A DNA stretch of 64,000 nucleotides from Chloroflexota bacterium (GCA_036841525.1 DAITVZ010000006.1:5749-69748), one strand, 5' to 3'. Counted from the stretch's first letter, positions 28,530 to 38,768 are shown. Notes: generated by a model not told the origin, from the sequence alone. Translations and numbers: made by a program.

Positions 28530-30744
28530 GCGGTTGCTGGTCCCTCGGCCGAGCCAGCAGGAGATCCTGCGCTATGCTGGAGGCAGGATGGGCGTGTCGG
28601 CCGTGCCTGGGAGCGGCAAGACCCACATCCTTTCCTACCTGGCTTCCCAACTCGTGGCTACCAGCATCGATGAGGACCAAGAGGTCCTCATCGTGACCAT
28701 GATGAACTCGGCGGTGGACAACTTTTCCCGACGGATCGCCGAGTTCATGCAGCGGGAGGCCGGGCTTTTGCCCAATGTCGGCTATCGTGTGCGCACGTTG
28801 CATGGGCTGGCCGTCGACATCGTCAGGGAGAGGCCGGCGTTGGTGGGCCTCTCGGAGACGTTCGACATTGTGGATGAGCGCGCGGCCACGCGGCTGCTCG
28901 AGGACATCGTGCAATCCTGGGTCAGCGCGCACACCGACGTTCTGACGAGTTTCCTTATGGGTGACATCGATGACAACAAGGCGCGCTGGCTGCTGCGGGA
29001 CCGGTGGCCGGGAGTGGTGCAGGACGTGGCGCTGGCCTTCATTCGCCGCGCCAAGGACCAACAGATGACCCCTGCGGGCGTACGCGAGGCGCTCTCCGGG
29101 AGCGAGCAACGCTTCACGCTGGCCACGCTGGGCGCCGAGATCTATGAGCTCTATCAGCGCGCGCTGATGTACCGCGGAAGCGTGGACTTTCAGGACCTGA
29201 TCGTGCTGGCGCTCCGCGCCCTGGAATCCGACGCCGAACTCCTTGCCCGATTGCAGAGGCGCTGGCCTTTCGTCCTTGAGGACGAGGCGCAGGATAGCAG
29301 CCGGTTGCAGCAACGCATCCTTGAGTTGCTCTCGGGCCCCAACGGCAACTGGGTGCGTGTGGGGGATCCCAACCAGTCCGTCCACACCACCTTTACCACG
29401 GCCAATCCTCAGTTGCTGTTGGACTTCATGGACGACCCCCTGACCAAGTCGATCACCATGCCCAACTCGGGACGGTGCGCCAGGCCCATCCTGGCGTTGG
29501 CGAATCAGCTTGTGGACTGGACCGTGGCGGAGCACCCTTCGCCGGCCTGCCGAGACGCTTTCAGGCAGCAGCACATCGAACCAACGCCGCCTGACGATCC
29601 ACAGCCCAACCCCTCCCACGATGGCAGGGTACTCTACATCGATGGCACCGCGTACGCGCCCGAGGCGGAGCTCAAGACGATCATCGAATCGCTGGCCAGA
29701 TGGGTGCCTGCTCACCCCGACGAGACGGTGGCGGTGCTGGTGCCCCGGAACGAGAAAGGGTTCCAGGTCAGCGAGGCGCTGCGCAACAAGGGCGTTCCCT
29801 TTGCGGAGCTCTTGCAGAGCACCATCTCGACGCGCAAGACGGCGGGCGCGCTGGTGCACGTGTTGCGCCATCTGGTGGATCCCATGTCCGCGGCCAAGCT
29901 GGCGCGGTGCTATGAGGTCTGGCGGCGAGACGATCGGGGCGAGGACGAAGTGGCGGAGCGGAACGACGAGGCCATCGCGGCGCTGCGCCGGCTGCGTAAC
30001 GTCGAGGATTACCTCTGGCCGCGGCTGGGAAACGACTGGCTCGCGGAGATCGAGGCCGGTGGCGCCGTTCGCGAGGTGCTGGGGACATTCCGAGAGGTGA
30101 TCCAGCGCTGGCACCGGGCTGCGGGCCTACCGGTGGATCAGTTGCTGATCACCCTGGGGCAGGACCTGTTCACAGACCCGCCCAGTCTCGCGCTGACCCA
30201 CAAGTTGGCGGCGCTCATGCGGCAGATCGGCGACGACGATCCCACGCTCCGCCTGCCCGAGCTGGCGGATAACCTGGCCGAGGTGGCGAAGAACGAGCGC
30301 CGCTTCCTGGGCTTTGATCAGGAGGACAACGGCTTTGAGCCGCCCAAGGGAGTGGTCACGGTGACGACGATGCACAAAGCCAAGGGGCTGGAGTGGGATC
30401 GCGTGTACCTCATGTCGGTGAATAGCTATGACTTTCCCTCGGACCTACCATCGGACACGTATGTAGCCGAGAAATGGTTCGTGCGGGACAGCCTGAACTT
30501 GGTCGAGGAGGCCCTGGCGCAGTTGGCCAGCCTCAGCAACCTGTACGCCGGCTATGTCGAAGGGCGGGCGACGCGGCAGGCTCGGCAGGACTATGTGAAA
30601 GAGAGGCTGCGGCTGCTCTATGTGGGGATCACGCGCGCCAGGCGCGACCTGATCCTGACCTGGAACACGGGCAAAGGGCGATTGCCCGCCCAGCCGGCGA
30701 TACCGCTGGTGGCGCTGCAAACCTGGCTGGAGGAGAAGCGATGA
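28522..30744 (+). CDS. ATP-dependent SF1 DNA helicase (UvrD/PcrA/Rep family)
   Basis: AVPGSGKT, EDEAQD, VGDPNQS, TMHKAKGLEWD, RLLYVGITRAR; start overlaps the upstream stop. Confidence 0.9.
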   Translation: MPERLLVPRPSQQEILRYAGGRMGVSAVPGSGKTHILSYLASQLVATSIDEDQEVLIVTMMNSAVDNFSRRIAEFMQREAGLLPNVGYRVRTLHGLAVDIVRERPALVGLSETFDIVDERAATRLLEDIVQSWVSAHTDVLTSFLMGDIDDNKARWLLRDRWPGVVQDVALAFIRRAKDQQMTPAGVREALSGSEQRFTLATLGAEIYELYQRALMYRGSVDFQDLIVLALRALESDAELLARLQRRWPFVLEDEAQDSSRLQQRILELLSGPNGNWVRVGDPNQSVHTTFTTANPQLLLDFMDDPLTKSITMPNSGRCARPILALANQLVDWTVAEHPSPACRDAFRQQHIEPTPPDDPQPNPSHDGRVLYIDGTAYAPEAELKTIIESLARWVPAHPDETVAVLVPRNEKGFQVSEALRNKGVPFAELLQSTISTRKTAGALVHVLRHLVDPMSAAKLARCYEVWRRDDRGEDEVAERNDEAIAALRRLRNVEDYLWPRLGNDWLAEIEAGGAVREVLGTFREVIQRWHRAAGLPVDQLLITLGQDLFTDPPSLALTHKLAALMRQIGDDDPTLRLPELADNLAEVAKNERRFLGFDQEDNGFEPPKGVVTVTTMHKAKGLEWDRVYLMSVNSYDFPSDLPSDTYVAEKWFVRDSLNLVEEALAQLASLSNLYAGYVEGRATRQARQDYVKERLRLLYVGITRARRDLILTWNTGKGRLPAQPAIPLVALQTWLEEKR

Positions 30745-31592
30745 GCCTGCCCGCGAGCTTTGCCTTCAGCCAAGCGAGCCTGCAAGACTATGTGGACTGC
30801 CCTCGTCGTTTCCAGTTGCGATACGTGGAGCGCCTGGCCTGGCCCACGCCCGTGGCGGAGCCCATGCTGGAGGTGGAGGCTCACCTGGCAAGGGGCCTCG
30901 ATTTCCACCGCTTGGTCTATCAGCATGCGCTGGGCCTCGATCCCGCCACTATCGGCGAGTCCATCAGCGACGCCAAACTCGCCATGTGGTGGGAGGCCTA
31001 TCTGAGCCATCCGCTGGAACTGCCGGGGCGCCGATTTCCGGAGATTGGGGTCTCGACGTCGCTGGGGGGTCATCGTTTGGTGGCGCAGTTCGACCTGGTG
31101 GCGGCCGCGCCAGGTGAGCGGCTGGTTATCGTGGACTGGAAGACCAACGAGGGGCGGCGCCCGCGGCGTGAGTGGCTGGCGAAGCGGCTGCAAACACGGG
31201 TATACCGGTATGTGTTGGCGCAGGCAGGACAGCGCTTCAACCAGGGAGAGCCCGTTGATCCGAGCTGGGTAGAGATGATCTACTGGTTCGCGGCGTTTCC
31301 AGCCCAGCCGGAGCGATTCGGCTATGATCCGGCGGAACTCGAGCAGGATCGAGGCGATCTGGAGGCGCTGGTGGGCGAGATCGAGGCCGCTGTGGCGCAA
31401 GCGGGGTCGGGTGCGGCGGGGTTGGCCCAGGCGCGTGGGGACGCGACATGCCGCTACTGTCGCTATGCTTCCTATTGCGAGCGCGAAGCGGGGGCGGCGA
31501 CGGCTGACGATCTGGAGGGACAGGCTGACGAGGGCGCGCCAGGGGCAGGTTTCGATTTGGGCCTGGAGCAGGTTGCCGAGGTGGAGTTCTAG
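30741..31592 (+). CDS. Stand-alone PD-(D/E)XK RecB/AddB-type nuclease with four-Cys Fe-S staple
   Basis: FSQASLQDYVDCPRRF, FDLV, IVDWKT, QTRVY, CRYCRYASYC; ATGA overlap with the helicase. Confidence 0.85.
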   Translation: MSLPASFAFSQASLQDYVDCPRRFQLRYVERLAWPTPVAEPMLEVEAHLARGLDFHRLVYQHALGLDPATIGESISDAKLAMWWEAYLSHPLELPGRRFPEIGVSTSLGGHRLVAQFDLVAAAPGERLVIVDWKTNEGRRPRREWLAKRLQTRVYRYVLAQAGQRFNQGEPVDPSWVEMIYWFAAFPAQPERFGYDPAELEQDRGDLEALVGEIEAAVAQAGSGAAGLAQARGDATCRYCRYASYCEREAGAATADDLEGQADEGAPGAGFDLGLEQVAEVEF

Positions 31593-31595
31593 ACC

Positions 31596-33899
31596 ATGCT
31601 GGAGACCAGATGGATTCTGCCGGCACAGGTGGAGGCCTCGGACGCACTGCGCCAGGCGGTCGGGGGGCACGAATTGCTGGCAACGATCCTGGCGCGGCGC
31701 GGCCTGGGCGATCCCGAGGCAGCCCGCGCCTTCCTGGATCCCTCAGCGTACCAGCCCGCGTCCGGCTATGAGCTGCCGGGCCTGGATCGAGCCGTGGCGC
31801 GCCTGCGCCGAGGCATCGAAAGCGGAGACCGGGTGACTATCTGGGGGGATTTCGATGCCGACGGGCAGACGGCCACTGCCCTTCTGCTGGATGCGCTGGG
31901 TTGCCTTGGCGCCAACGTCGGGTACTATGTGCCGAGTCGAGAAGAGTCGCACGGCCTGAACCTTCAGGGTGTGGAGCGGCTTGCTCAGGAGGGAACCAAG
32001 CTGCTGATTACGTGCGACACCGGCGTGACGGCAGATGAGGAGGTTGGGCTCGCTCGCCAGCTTGGCGTGGACTGTATCATCACCGACCACCACGATCTGG
32101 CGGCCACGCTTCCCGTTGCCGAGGCCGTGGTCAATCCCAAGATGCTGGATGCGGCTCACCCGTTGCGCGAGCTGACCGGCGTGGGTTGCGCTTTCAAGGT
32201 GGCCGAGGCGCTGAATGAGGTGCTGGGCGTCTCGGCCAACACGACGGGCCTCCTGGACCTGGTGGCCGTGGGTATGGTGGCCGATGTGGCCTCCCTCGTG
32301 GGGGACGTGCGCTACCTGACCATGCGCGGGCTGATTGCCCTTCAGCACGCCAGGCGGGTAGGATTGCGCGCGTTGTTGGAAAGCGCAGGGCTCGACCCCG
32401 CTGGCATCACCGCCGAGCATATCGGCTACGTGATCGCTCCACGGCTCAACGCCCTTGGCCGGCTGGGCGATGCCAGCTTGTGCGTCGAGTTGCTGACCAC
32501 CCAGGATCTTGGCCGCGCCAGGGTGATCGCCACGATGATCGAGCAGTCCAACGACCAGCGCAAGCTGCTGGTGAAGCAGGTGCTGGACGCCGCCGAAGCG
32601 CAGATCCAGCGTGAAGGGTCACGGACGCTGGAGGAGCCCGTGCTGGTGCTGGCGCACGCGAGCTGGCCCGAGGGAGTCATCGGCATCGTGGCGGGCAGGC
32701 TCGCCGAGCGGTATGGACGGCCCGCGGTGCTCATCGCGGAGGGGCGTGATGGCTTTGCCCGGGGCTCGGCCCGGTCCGTGGCTGGGCGTGACATCCACGC
32801 GGCCATTGCGGAGCAGGCCGATCTGCTCGAGCGCTATGGTGGCCACCCGATGGCGGCAGGTTTCTCGCTGGCGGTGAGCCGCCTGCCCGAGTTCCGCCAA
32901 AGGCTGGCGGCCGCCGTGGCGCGACAGGCTGCCGAGGGGCCTCGCCCGGACGAGTTGGTGATCGATGCCTACGTTCAGCTCGGCGATCTGTCACTGGAAC
33001 TGGCGCGCGACCTGGCGCGGCTGGGGCCATTCGGGCCGGGGAACCCCGCGCCCTGCCTGGTGGCGGGCAATCTCGAGCTGGTCTCACAGGCGATCATCGG
33101 GCGCACGTCCGAACACAGGCGACTGGTGGTCCGCGGCGTCGATGGGCAGGAGCGAACCGCCCTGCAGTGGCACGGCGCGGATACGCCTCTGCCCGAGGGC
33201 AGGTTCGACCTGGCCTTCTCGCTTCGCGCTAGCGACTATCAAGGCCGAAACGAGGTGCAGATCGAGTGGATCGCGGCGAGAGAGCTGGAACCGACGATCG
33301 CGGCGGCGCCCAAGGCCAAGGCGGAGGTCGTGGACCTGCGATCCGTGCTCGATCCCGTCGCCGCAGTGGCGGGGGCGGCGGCAGGGCAGGAGGCGATGAT
33401 CTGGGCCGAGGGACTGACGACACCACCCGCTGGGGCCCGAGACCGCGCCCTGTTGGGGCCTGCTGCTGTTCTGGCGATCTGGAGTATTCCCCCGGGGCCA
33501 TCCGAGCTAAGGAGGGCGATGGCCGCCGCGGCTTCGCAGCGCATCCTGTTGCTCGCCATCGATCCCGGCCTGGACGAGCCGGGCAAGTTCGTGTCCCGCT
33601 TGCTCGGCCTGGTGAAGCACACCCTTGCCAGCAAGGGGGGTAAGGTTGCGCTCGCGCGGCTTGCGGCGGCGATGGCTCATCGCGAGGAGACGGTCCTGGC
33701 GGGACTGCGGCTGCTGCAAGCCAGAGGACAGATCGTGGTTGGAGCGCAGAATGGCGACTTGGCGCTGGCGCCGGGGGATGGATCGGCCAGTCCCGATACG
33801 CGAGCCCTGGAGAAGACACTACTGGAGCTCCTGTCCGAGACGGCGGCTTACCGCAGACACTATCGCACCGCGCCGCCCGAGTCCCTGCTGGGTGACTGA
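31596..33899 (+). CDS. recJ: Single-stranded-DNA-specific exonuclease RecJ with C-terminal extension
   Basis: WGDFDADG, ITCDTG, TDHHD, PRLNALGR, GSARS, GGHPMAAG. Confidence 0.95.
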   Translation: MLETRWILPAQVEASDALRQAVGGHELLATILARRGLGDPEAARAFLDPSAYQPASGYELPGLDRAVARLRRGIESGDRVTIWGDFDADGQTATALLLDALGCLGANVGYYVPSREESHGLNLQGVERLAQEGTKLLITCDTGVTADEEVGLARQLGVDCIITDHHDLAATLPVAEAVVNPKMLDAAHPLRELTGVGCAFKVAEALNEVLGVSANTTGLLDLVAVGMVADVASLVGDVRYLTMRGLIALQHARRVGLRALLESAGLDPAGITAEHIGYVIAPRLNALGRLGDASLCVELLTTQDLGRARVIATMIEQSNDQRKLLVKQVLDAAEAQIQREGSRTLEEPVLVLAHASWPEGVIGIVAGRLAERYGRPAVLIAEGRDGFARGSARSVAGRDIHAAIAEQADLLERYGGHPMAAGFSLAVSRLPEFRQRLAAAVARQAAEGPRPDELVIDAYVQLGDLSLELARDLARLGPFGPGNPAPCLVAGNLELVSQAIIGRTSEHRRLVVRGVDGQERTALQWHGADTPLPEGRFDLAFSLRASDYQGRNEVQIEWIAARELEPTIAAAPKAKAEVVDLRSVLDPVAAVAGAAAGQEAMIWAEGLTTPPAGARDRALLGPAAVLAIWSIPPGPSELRRAMAAAASQRILLLAIDPGLDEPGKFVSRLLGLVKHTLASKGGKVALARLAAAMAHREETVLAGLRLLQARGQIVVGAQNGDLALAPGDGSASPDTRALEKTLLELLSETAAYRRHYRTAPPESLLGD

Positions 33900-33917
33900 G
33901 AGCCTCAGCGTGGCCTG

Positions 33918-34853
33918 CTAGCGTGCCTCATGCCTGCGCGTGATGTCCATTTGGCGGCGCAGGCCCTCGCCCAGCAGGTTGAAGGCAAAGATCATGGCGA
34001 AAACCACGATGCCCACGATGATCGGCTCCCACGGCACCATGATCACCTTGGCCCAGACGCCAGAGAGCATCTGCCCCAGTTCGGGGTAGCCGGCGGTCAG
34101 CATCTTCCACGTGTCCGGATTGTCCCCCCGCGCGACCTCGTAGATAGTCCCTCCTCCAATGTAGACACCCAAGAAGCCGAGCTCGGAAACGATTAGCAAG
34201 ACGGTGCCTATCTCGAAGGAGATCAGGGCGGGGAGCGCAGGCCATAGCTGCGGCAGCACATGCCTCCACAGGATGCTTCGGGGCCTGACGCCTACGGCCC
34301 GCGCGCTCTCGATGAACGGCGACTGCAGCGTGCTGAGGGTCTGGTTGCGTACAAAGGCCGCGACATCGGCCCAGCCGGTGAGGGCGAGGGCGATCAGGAA
34401 AGCGGCCAGCCCACGATGAGCCCCCATGAACGAGATCGCTGCGACGCAGAACACCAAGGCCGGAACCGCCAGCGCCGCGCTGATGGCCAGGTCGATCATC
34501 TGCCGAGGCAGCCCGCCAAGCCAACCCGCGGCCAGCCCGAAGGCGATGCCCAGCACGGCGCGAATGGCCACCGCGATGCTGCAAAGCAGCAGGGTGGGGC
34601 GGATCGCGCAAAGCAGGCGGCTCAGGATGTCGCGGCCAGCCTCGTCGGTGCCCAAGGGGAACAAGCCTGGCAACCGTCCTGGGGCGACGGGCTGACGGGC
34701 CGGGACGACCATCTCGCCATCGAGGTACATCACCTTGTCGAAGACCTTGAGGGGATCGTGCGGCGCGAGGGAGGGGCCCACAAAGCCCAGCAACAGGAAC
34801 CCCGCGACCAGCACGAGCCCTATGCGGAGCAGTGGGTCGCGGCGGCGAGACAT
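33918..34853 (-). CDS. Oligopeptide/dipeptide ABC transporter permease (DppC/OppC-like)
   Basis: PLGTDEAGRDILSRL, FIESARAVG, RHVLPQ EAA motif. Confidence 0.85.
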   Translation of the reverse strand: MSRRRDPLLRIGLVLVAGFLLLGFVGPSLAPHDPLKVFDKVMYLDGEMVVPARQPVAPGRLPGLFPLGTDEAGRDILSRLLCAIRPTLLLCSIAVAIRAVLGIAFGLAAGWLGGLPRQMIDLAISAALAVPALVFCVAAISFMGAHRGLAAFLIALALTGWADVAAFVRNQTLSTLQSPFIESARAVGVRPRSILWRHVLPQLWPALPALISFEIGTVLLIVSELGFLGVYIGGGTIYEVARGDNPDTWKMLTAGYPELGQMLSGVWAKVIMVPWEPIIVGIVVFAMIFAFNLLGEGLRRQMDITRRHEAR

Positions 34854-34866
34854 ACCTCTCTCTCCT

Positions 34867-35829
34867 TTAGTGGATCGTGAGCTGGGCGCCATTGGGGTGG
34901 CGCTGCCTGGGATCCAGCCAGAAGGCCAGGACGCTGGCAACCAGGTCCGTGAGCAACAGCACGGCGCCGAAGGCCACCGCGAGGGCGGCCAGCAGCTCCG
35001 GGTGGGCATAAAGGGCTGAGGGAGCTCTCCCGTCGGCGCGAACGCCGATGTCATACATGAAGAGGCGTCCGAGGCCTGGCCACAGGAACAGTGTCTCCAC
35101 GATGATCAGGCCGCTCACAAAGATGCGGCTCGCGTGCCCGATGGCGATCGCCACTGCCGAGGCGACATTGGGCAAGGCGTGGCGCCACAGCAGCCTGCCC
35201 CAGCTCAGCCCCTTGCTTCGGGCAACGCGGACGTATTCCTGCTGCAATTCGCTCTCCACCAGGGAGGCCACGAGGTGCGCGATCTGCAACGCGGGCCGGC
35301 TGGCCAGAACGAGCACGGGTAGAACGAGATGCTCATCGATGCCGTAGCCGCTGAGCGGCAGAATGCGCGCGCTGGAGCCACGGAGCAATGTCAGGTAGAT
35401 CAGGCCTCCGATGGCGGCGACGCCGACTAAGAACCCGGGGAGCGAGAGCCCGCCGCTGTATAGCAGCAGCGCCCAGGGTTTGATGCGCATGGTGCGCCGG
35501 GAGACGGAGAGCATGCCCAAGCCGAGACCTACCACCGAGCTGACCAGCAACGCCGCGCCCACCAGGATCATGCTGTTCTTGGCGGGCTCTCGCAGGACCT
35601 CCCGAATGGGGGCGTTCGAGAGCTCGCCCAGGTCTCCTCGCGCGAGCCCTCGGAGGTAGTCGGCATAGCTGGGAAATGCCAGCCCCTGGTTCTGCCATAG
35701 CTTCAGCACAGACCCACCAACGTACGGGTTGAACCGAGGGTGGGCCACGGCGTACTGGAACCCCACCCAGTTGAGGAGGGGCAGCAGGATCGCGATCAGC
35801 AGCAACTTGCGCCCAACGAATCGAGCCAT
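34867..35829 (-). CDS. Oligopeptide/dipeptide ABC transporter permease (DppB/OppB-like)
   Basis: EYVRVARSKGLS, RHALPN, IIVETLFLWPGLG. Confidence 0.85.
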   Translation of the reverse strand: MARFVGRKLLLIAILLPLLNWVGFQYAVAHPRFNPYVGGSVLKLWQNQGLAFPSYADYLRGLARGDLGELSNAPIREVLREPAKNSMILVGAALLVSSVVGLGLGMLSVSRRTMRIKPWALLLYSGGLSLPGFLVGVAAIGGLIYLTLLRGSSARILPLSGYGIDEHLVLPVLVLASRPALQIAHLVASLVESELQQEYVRVARSKGLSWGRLLWRHALPNVASAVAIAIGHASRIFVSGLIIVETLFLWPGLGRLFMYDIGVRADGRAPSALYAHPELLAALAVAFGAVLLLTDLVASVLAFWLDPRQRHPNGAQLTIH

Positions 35830-37007
35830 CAGCCTCCCTTTGAGGGTTGAGCGGGGCCCGAGTTGCCCGGTGCGGCGCGGGCCAGCAGCCGCCACTCGTC
35901 GAACATGGCCAGGGCGTTCTCCCAGGGCCAATGGGCGCGGATCGAGGGGACCGCACTCAGGATGAGACCGCGCGGTCCGAAATGCCCGAAGGCGTCGCGC
36001 ACGGCCTGGCGGGCGATCTCGGGCGTGCCTTCGCCGATGTGGATGGGGCCGGAGACGCCGCCCCAGATGGCGTGGCGCGGGCAGAGACGCCGAGCCACCA
36101 GGCCCATGTCCTGGTTGCCCAGGGCTGGCTCAATAGAGTGGTACGCGTCAAAGTCGAGCTCGGCCAGGATATCGAGCATGGGCATGATGCCGGTGCAGAC
36201 TGTGTAGGTGACCGCTGCGCCACCAGAATGCATGGCCTGGATCTCGCTTTTGAGCAGGGGGACCAGAAAGCGTTTGATCTGGCGCGGGCTCCAGAAATCC
36301 ATCGTCTCGTAGAACCCGTTGCGGCAGACCACGTCGACGCCCCAATCGGCCAAGACCTCGGCGCGCTTCATGGTGGCCTCGTGCTCGACGGCCAGGAAGC
36401 GCTCCATGATCTCCGGATTGTCCATGGAGACTGTGACGGCCTGGGCGGCGCCAAAGACCTGGACCGCGGAGGTGAGGCCCATGCCGCATGAGGCGAAGGT
36501 GATCACCCCGAACTCGTTGGCTAGCCGCTTGCGCTCGATGAAGCGCTCTCTGCCCTGCGAGATGGCCTGGTCATTGGGGCCGAGTTGCACATATCGGAAC
36601 CGCTCGACATCTTCGAGGGTCTCTAGCCAGGGCTTAACATAACGGGAGACGCACCAGTCGCTGTTGAGCGGAATGTCGTCCCCGTGGGGCCAGTCATCGG
36701 TGACGCGCACCGCGGCAGTGAGGGGGCCCTCGGGCGTGCTGATCTCTTTGCGCAGGATCGGCCAGGGCTCCTGAGGTGACGTTTCCTTCCACACCCGCGT
36801 GGTCACGGCGGGATGCCAGGAGGGCTCCAGGCTCACAGGGACGTAGCTGTCCAGACCCAGGCCGCGCACGATGCGGTCTAGCGTATCGGCCCGGCCTCGC
36901 CAGGTGTAGGCTGGGCCGAGGAGGGACTCGCTGAAGGAAGGGCAGCAGGGCACATGATCAACGTCTTGGCGGCGCAGCGCCGCCAGCATCCGCTCGCGAG
37001 AGGTCAT
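35829..37007 (-). CDS. Uroporphyrinogen decarboxylase (URO-D)-like protein
   Basis: MTSRERMLAALRRQDVDHVP N-terminus; IWGGV...G..E..RQAV C-terminal pattern; stop overlaps the permease start. Confidence 0.75.
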   Translation of the reverse strand: MTSRERMLAALRRQDVDHVPCCPSFSESLLGPAYTWRGRADTLDRIVRGLGLDSYVPVSLEPSWHPAVTTRVWKETSPQEPWPILRKEISTPEGPLTAAVRVTDDWPHGDDIPLNSDWCVSRYVKPWLETLEDVERFRYVQLGPNDQAISQGRERFIERKRLANEFGVITFASCGMGLTSAVQVFGAAQAVTVSMDNPEIMERFLAVEHEATMKRAEVLADWGVDVVCRNGFYETMDFWSPRQIKRFLVPLLKSEIQAMHSGGAAVTYTVCTGIMPMLDILAELDFDAYHSIEPALGNQDMGLVARRLCPRHAIWGGVSGPIHIGEGTPEIARQAVRDAFGHFGPRGLILSAVPSIRAHWPWENALAMFDEWRLLARAAPGNSGPAQPSKGG

Positions 37008-37085
37008 GGCTGTAGTCAAGAACGGGCTCCTGGGCTGGGATTCCGCTGCCACTGAGGCGCAGCGGTACATTGGCGATCGGTGCGT

Positions 37086-37113
37086 ATCATAGCGCCTTTG
37101 CGGCTGCTGTCAA
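37086..37113 (-). promoter_or_regulatory. Putative sigma70 promoter
   Basis: TTGACA-16 bp-TATGAT upstream of the URO-D-like gene. Confidence 0.5.
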
Positions 37114-37132
37114 CTTGCCTGCGGCGGAGGGG

Positions 37133-37963
37133 CTAGATCAGTGTGCGGCGCGGCGAGAACAGGAAGGTGAGCACAAAGACGACCGTGCAGGTGAGCACGA
37201 TGGCAGGGCCAGAGGGCACATTGAGATAGTACGAAAGATACAGCCCGACCACGCCGCAGAGTCCGCCAATGGCTGCTGCCAGCCCCATCATGCTGGGAAG
37301 CCTACGGGTTACCAAGTAGGCGGTGGCGGCAGGCGTGACGAGCATGGAGAGCATCAGGGCGACTCCCACCGTTTGCAGCGAGACGACGATGACGATGGCG
37401 ATCATGATGAGCAACAGGTAGCGCAGGAGGTCCACGGGCCACTTGAAGGTAACGGCCAAGGTGGGGTCGAAGGAAAGGACGAGGAACTGCCGGTATAGCA
37501 CCAGGACAAGCGCGAGCACGGCCAGGCTCAGGCCCGCCGTGAGCCAGAGGTCGCCTTCGGACACGCCTAGGACATTGCCGAACAGAAAGTGGGTGAGGTC
37601 CACGGTATAGGAGCCGACAAAGCTGAGCATGACGATGCCGAGCGCAAAGAGCCCCGAAAAGATGATGCTGATGGAGGTGTCCTCGCGAAGCCGGCCCTGT
37701 TTGGTGAGATAGCCGATGCCGAGCGCCGTCGCGACGCCCATGATCAGGGCGCCCAGCGAAAGGGGCAACTCGAGCAGATAGGCAATGGAGACGCCAGGGA
37801 GGATGGCGTGGGCCAGGGCGTCGCCGAGGAAGCCCATGCCCCGCAGCACCACGAACGATCCTAACACAGCGCAGACCACGCCAACCATCACCGCCGCCAG
37901 CATGCCTCTCTGCATGAAAGGGTACGCGAGTGGCTCGAGCAGCCAGGTCAACATGTCAGGCAT
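37133..37963 (-). CDS. Zn/Mn ABC transporter permease (ZnuB/MntB family)
   Basis: GDALAHAILPG, REDTSI, SLQTVGVALMLSMLVTPAATA. Confidence 0.92.
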   Translation of the reverse strand: MPDMLTWLLEPLAYPFMQRGMLAAVMVGVVCAVLGSFVVLRGMGFLGDALAHAILPGVSIAYLLELPLSLGALIMGVATALGIGYLTKQGRLREDTSISIIFSGLFALGIVMLSFVGSYTVDLTHFLFGNVLGVSEGDLWLTAGLSLAVLALVLVLYRQFLVLSFDPTLAVTFKWPVDLLRYLLLIMIAIVIVVSLQTVGVALMLSMLVTPAATAYLVTRRLPSMMGLAAAIGGLCGVVGLYLSYYLNVPSGPAIVLTCTVVFVLTFLFSPRRTLI

Positions 37964-38768
37964 TCTCCTCGTGGCGTTCCACGCAACCGCTGTGAGAGCA
38001 ATGGGTGTCGCCAACCACCAGGGTGCCTCCTCCAGCAACAGGCCAGGTGGTCACCTGGCCGCCAAATGCCTCGCGGAGGATCTCGGGACGAAAGACGTGC
38101 GCGGGAGTCCCGAAGGCGACGAGCTTGTGATTCAGCAGAAGCATCAGGTCAAAGGCGTCGGCTGCCAGCTCGATGTCGTGGGTGGAGAGGAGGATGGTGG
38201 AGCACACGCCCTTGAGGTCCTCCAAAAGGGACAAGATGGCCTCTTGGCTGGGCACGTCGATGCCACGAAAGGGCTCGTCGAGCAGGAGAAGCTGCGCCTC
38301 CTGGGCCAGGGCGCGCGCCACAAAGACGCGCTGTTGCTGCCCGCCGGATAGCTCACTGATCTGCCGTGAAGCCAGGTTGGCCATGCCCACGCGCGACAAG
38401 GCGTCCATCACGATCTCTTTGTCGTGCTTGGTGGGCCAGCGCATCCAGCCGATATGGGCATAGCGGCCCATCATGACGACGTCGTATACGGTGACAGGGA
38501 ATCGCAGGTCCATCCCGCTGCTCTGGCTGACATAACTCACAGGAACCCGGCGGTCCTGGGGACTGTGTCCAAAGACGCGCACCGTGCCGTGGGAGAGCGG
38601 CAATATGCCCACGATCGCCTTGAACAGCGTGGACTTGCCGGCGCCGTTCGGGCCGATCACGGCGACGCGCCGCCCGCACGGGATATCCACGGTGACGCGA
38701 TCCAGCGCGTGATGGCTGTTGTAGCTCACGGTGGCCTCGCGCAGCTCCAGGGCGTTCGTTTCCTGCAT
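37956..38768 (-). CDS. Zn/Mn ABC transporter ATP-binding protein (ZnuC family)
   Basis: GPNGAGKST, LSGGQQQRV, LLLDEP, STHD. Confidence 0.93.
   Translation of the reverse strand: MQETNALELREATVSYNSHHALDRVTVDIPCGRRVAVIGPNGAGKSTLFKAIVGILPLSHGTVRVFGHSPQDRRVPVSYVSQSSGMDLRFPVTVYDVVMMGRYAHIGWMRWPTKHDKEIVMDALSRVGMANLASRQISELSGGQQQRVFVARALAQEAQLLLLDEPFRGIDVPSQEAILSLLEDLKGVCSTILLSTHDIELAADAFDLMLLLNHKLVAFGTPAHVFRPEILREAFGGQVTTWPVAGGGTLVVGDTHCSHSGCVERHEENA

Noticed and set aside
30741-31592. Cas4-like Fe-S nuclease suggesting CRISPR
   Set aside because: No other cas genes or repeat-spacer array were seen in the window; the context is DNA repair.
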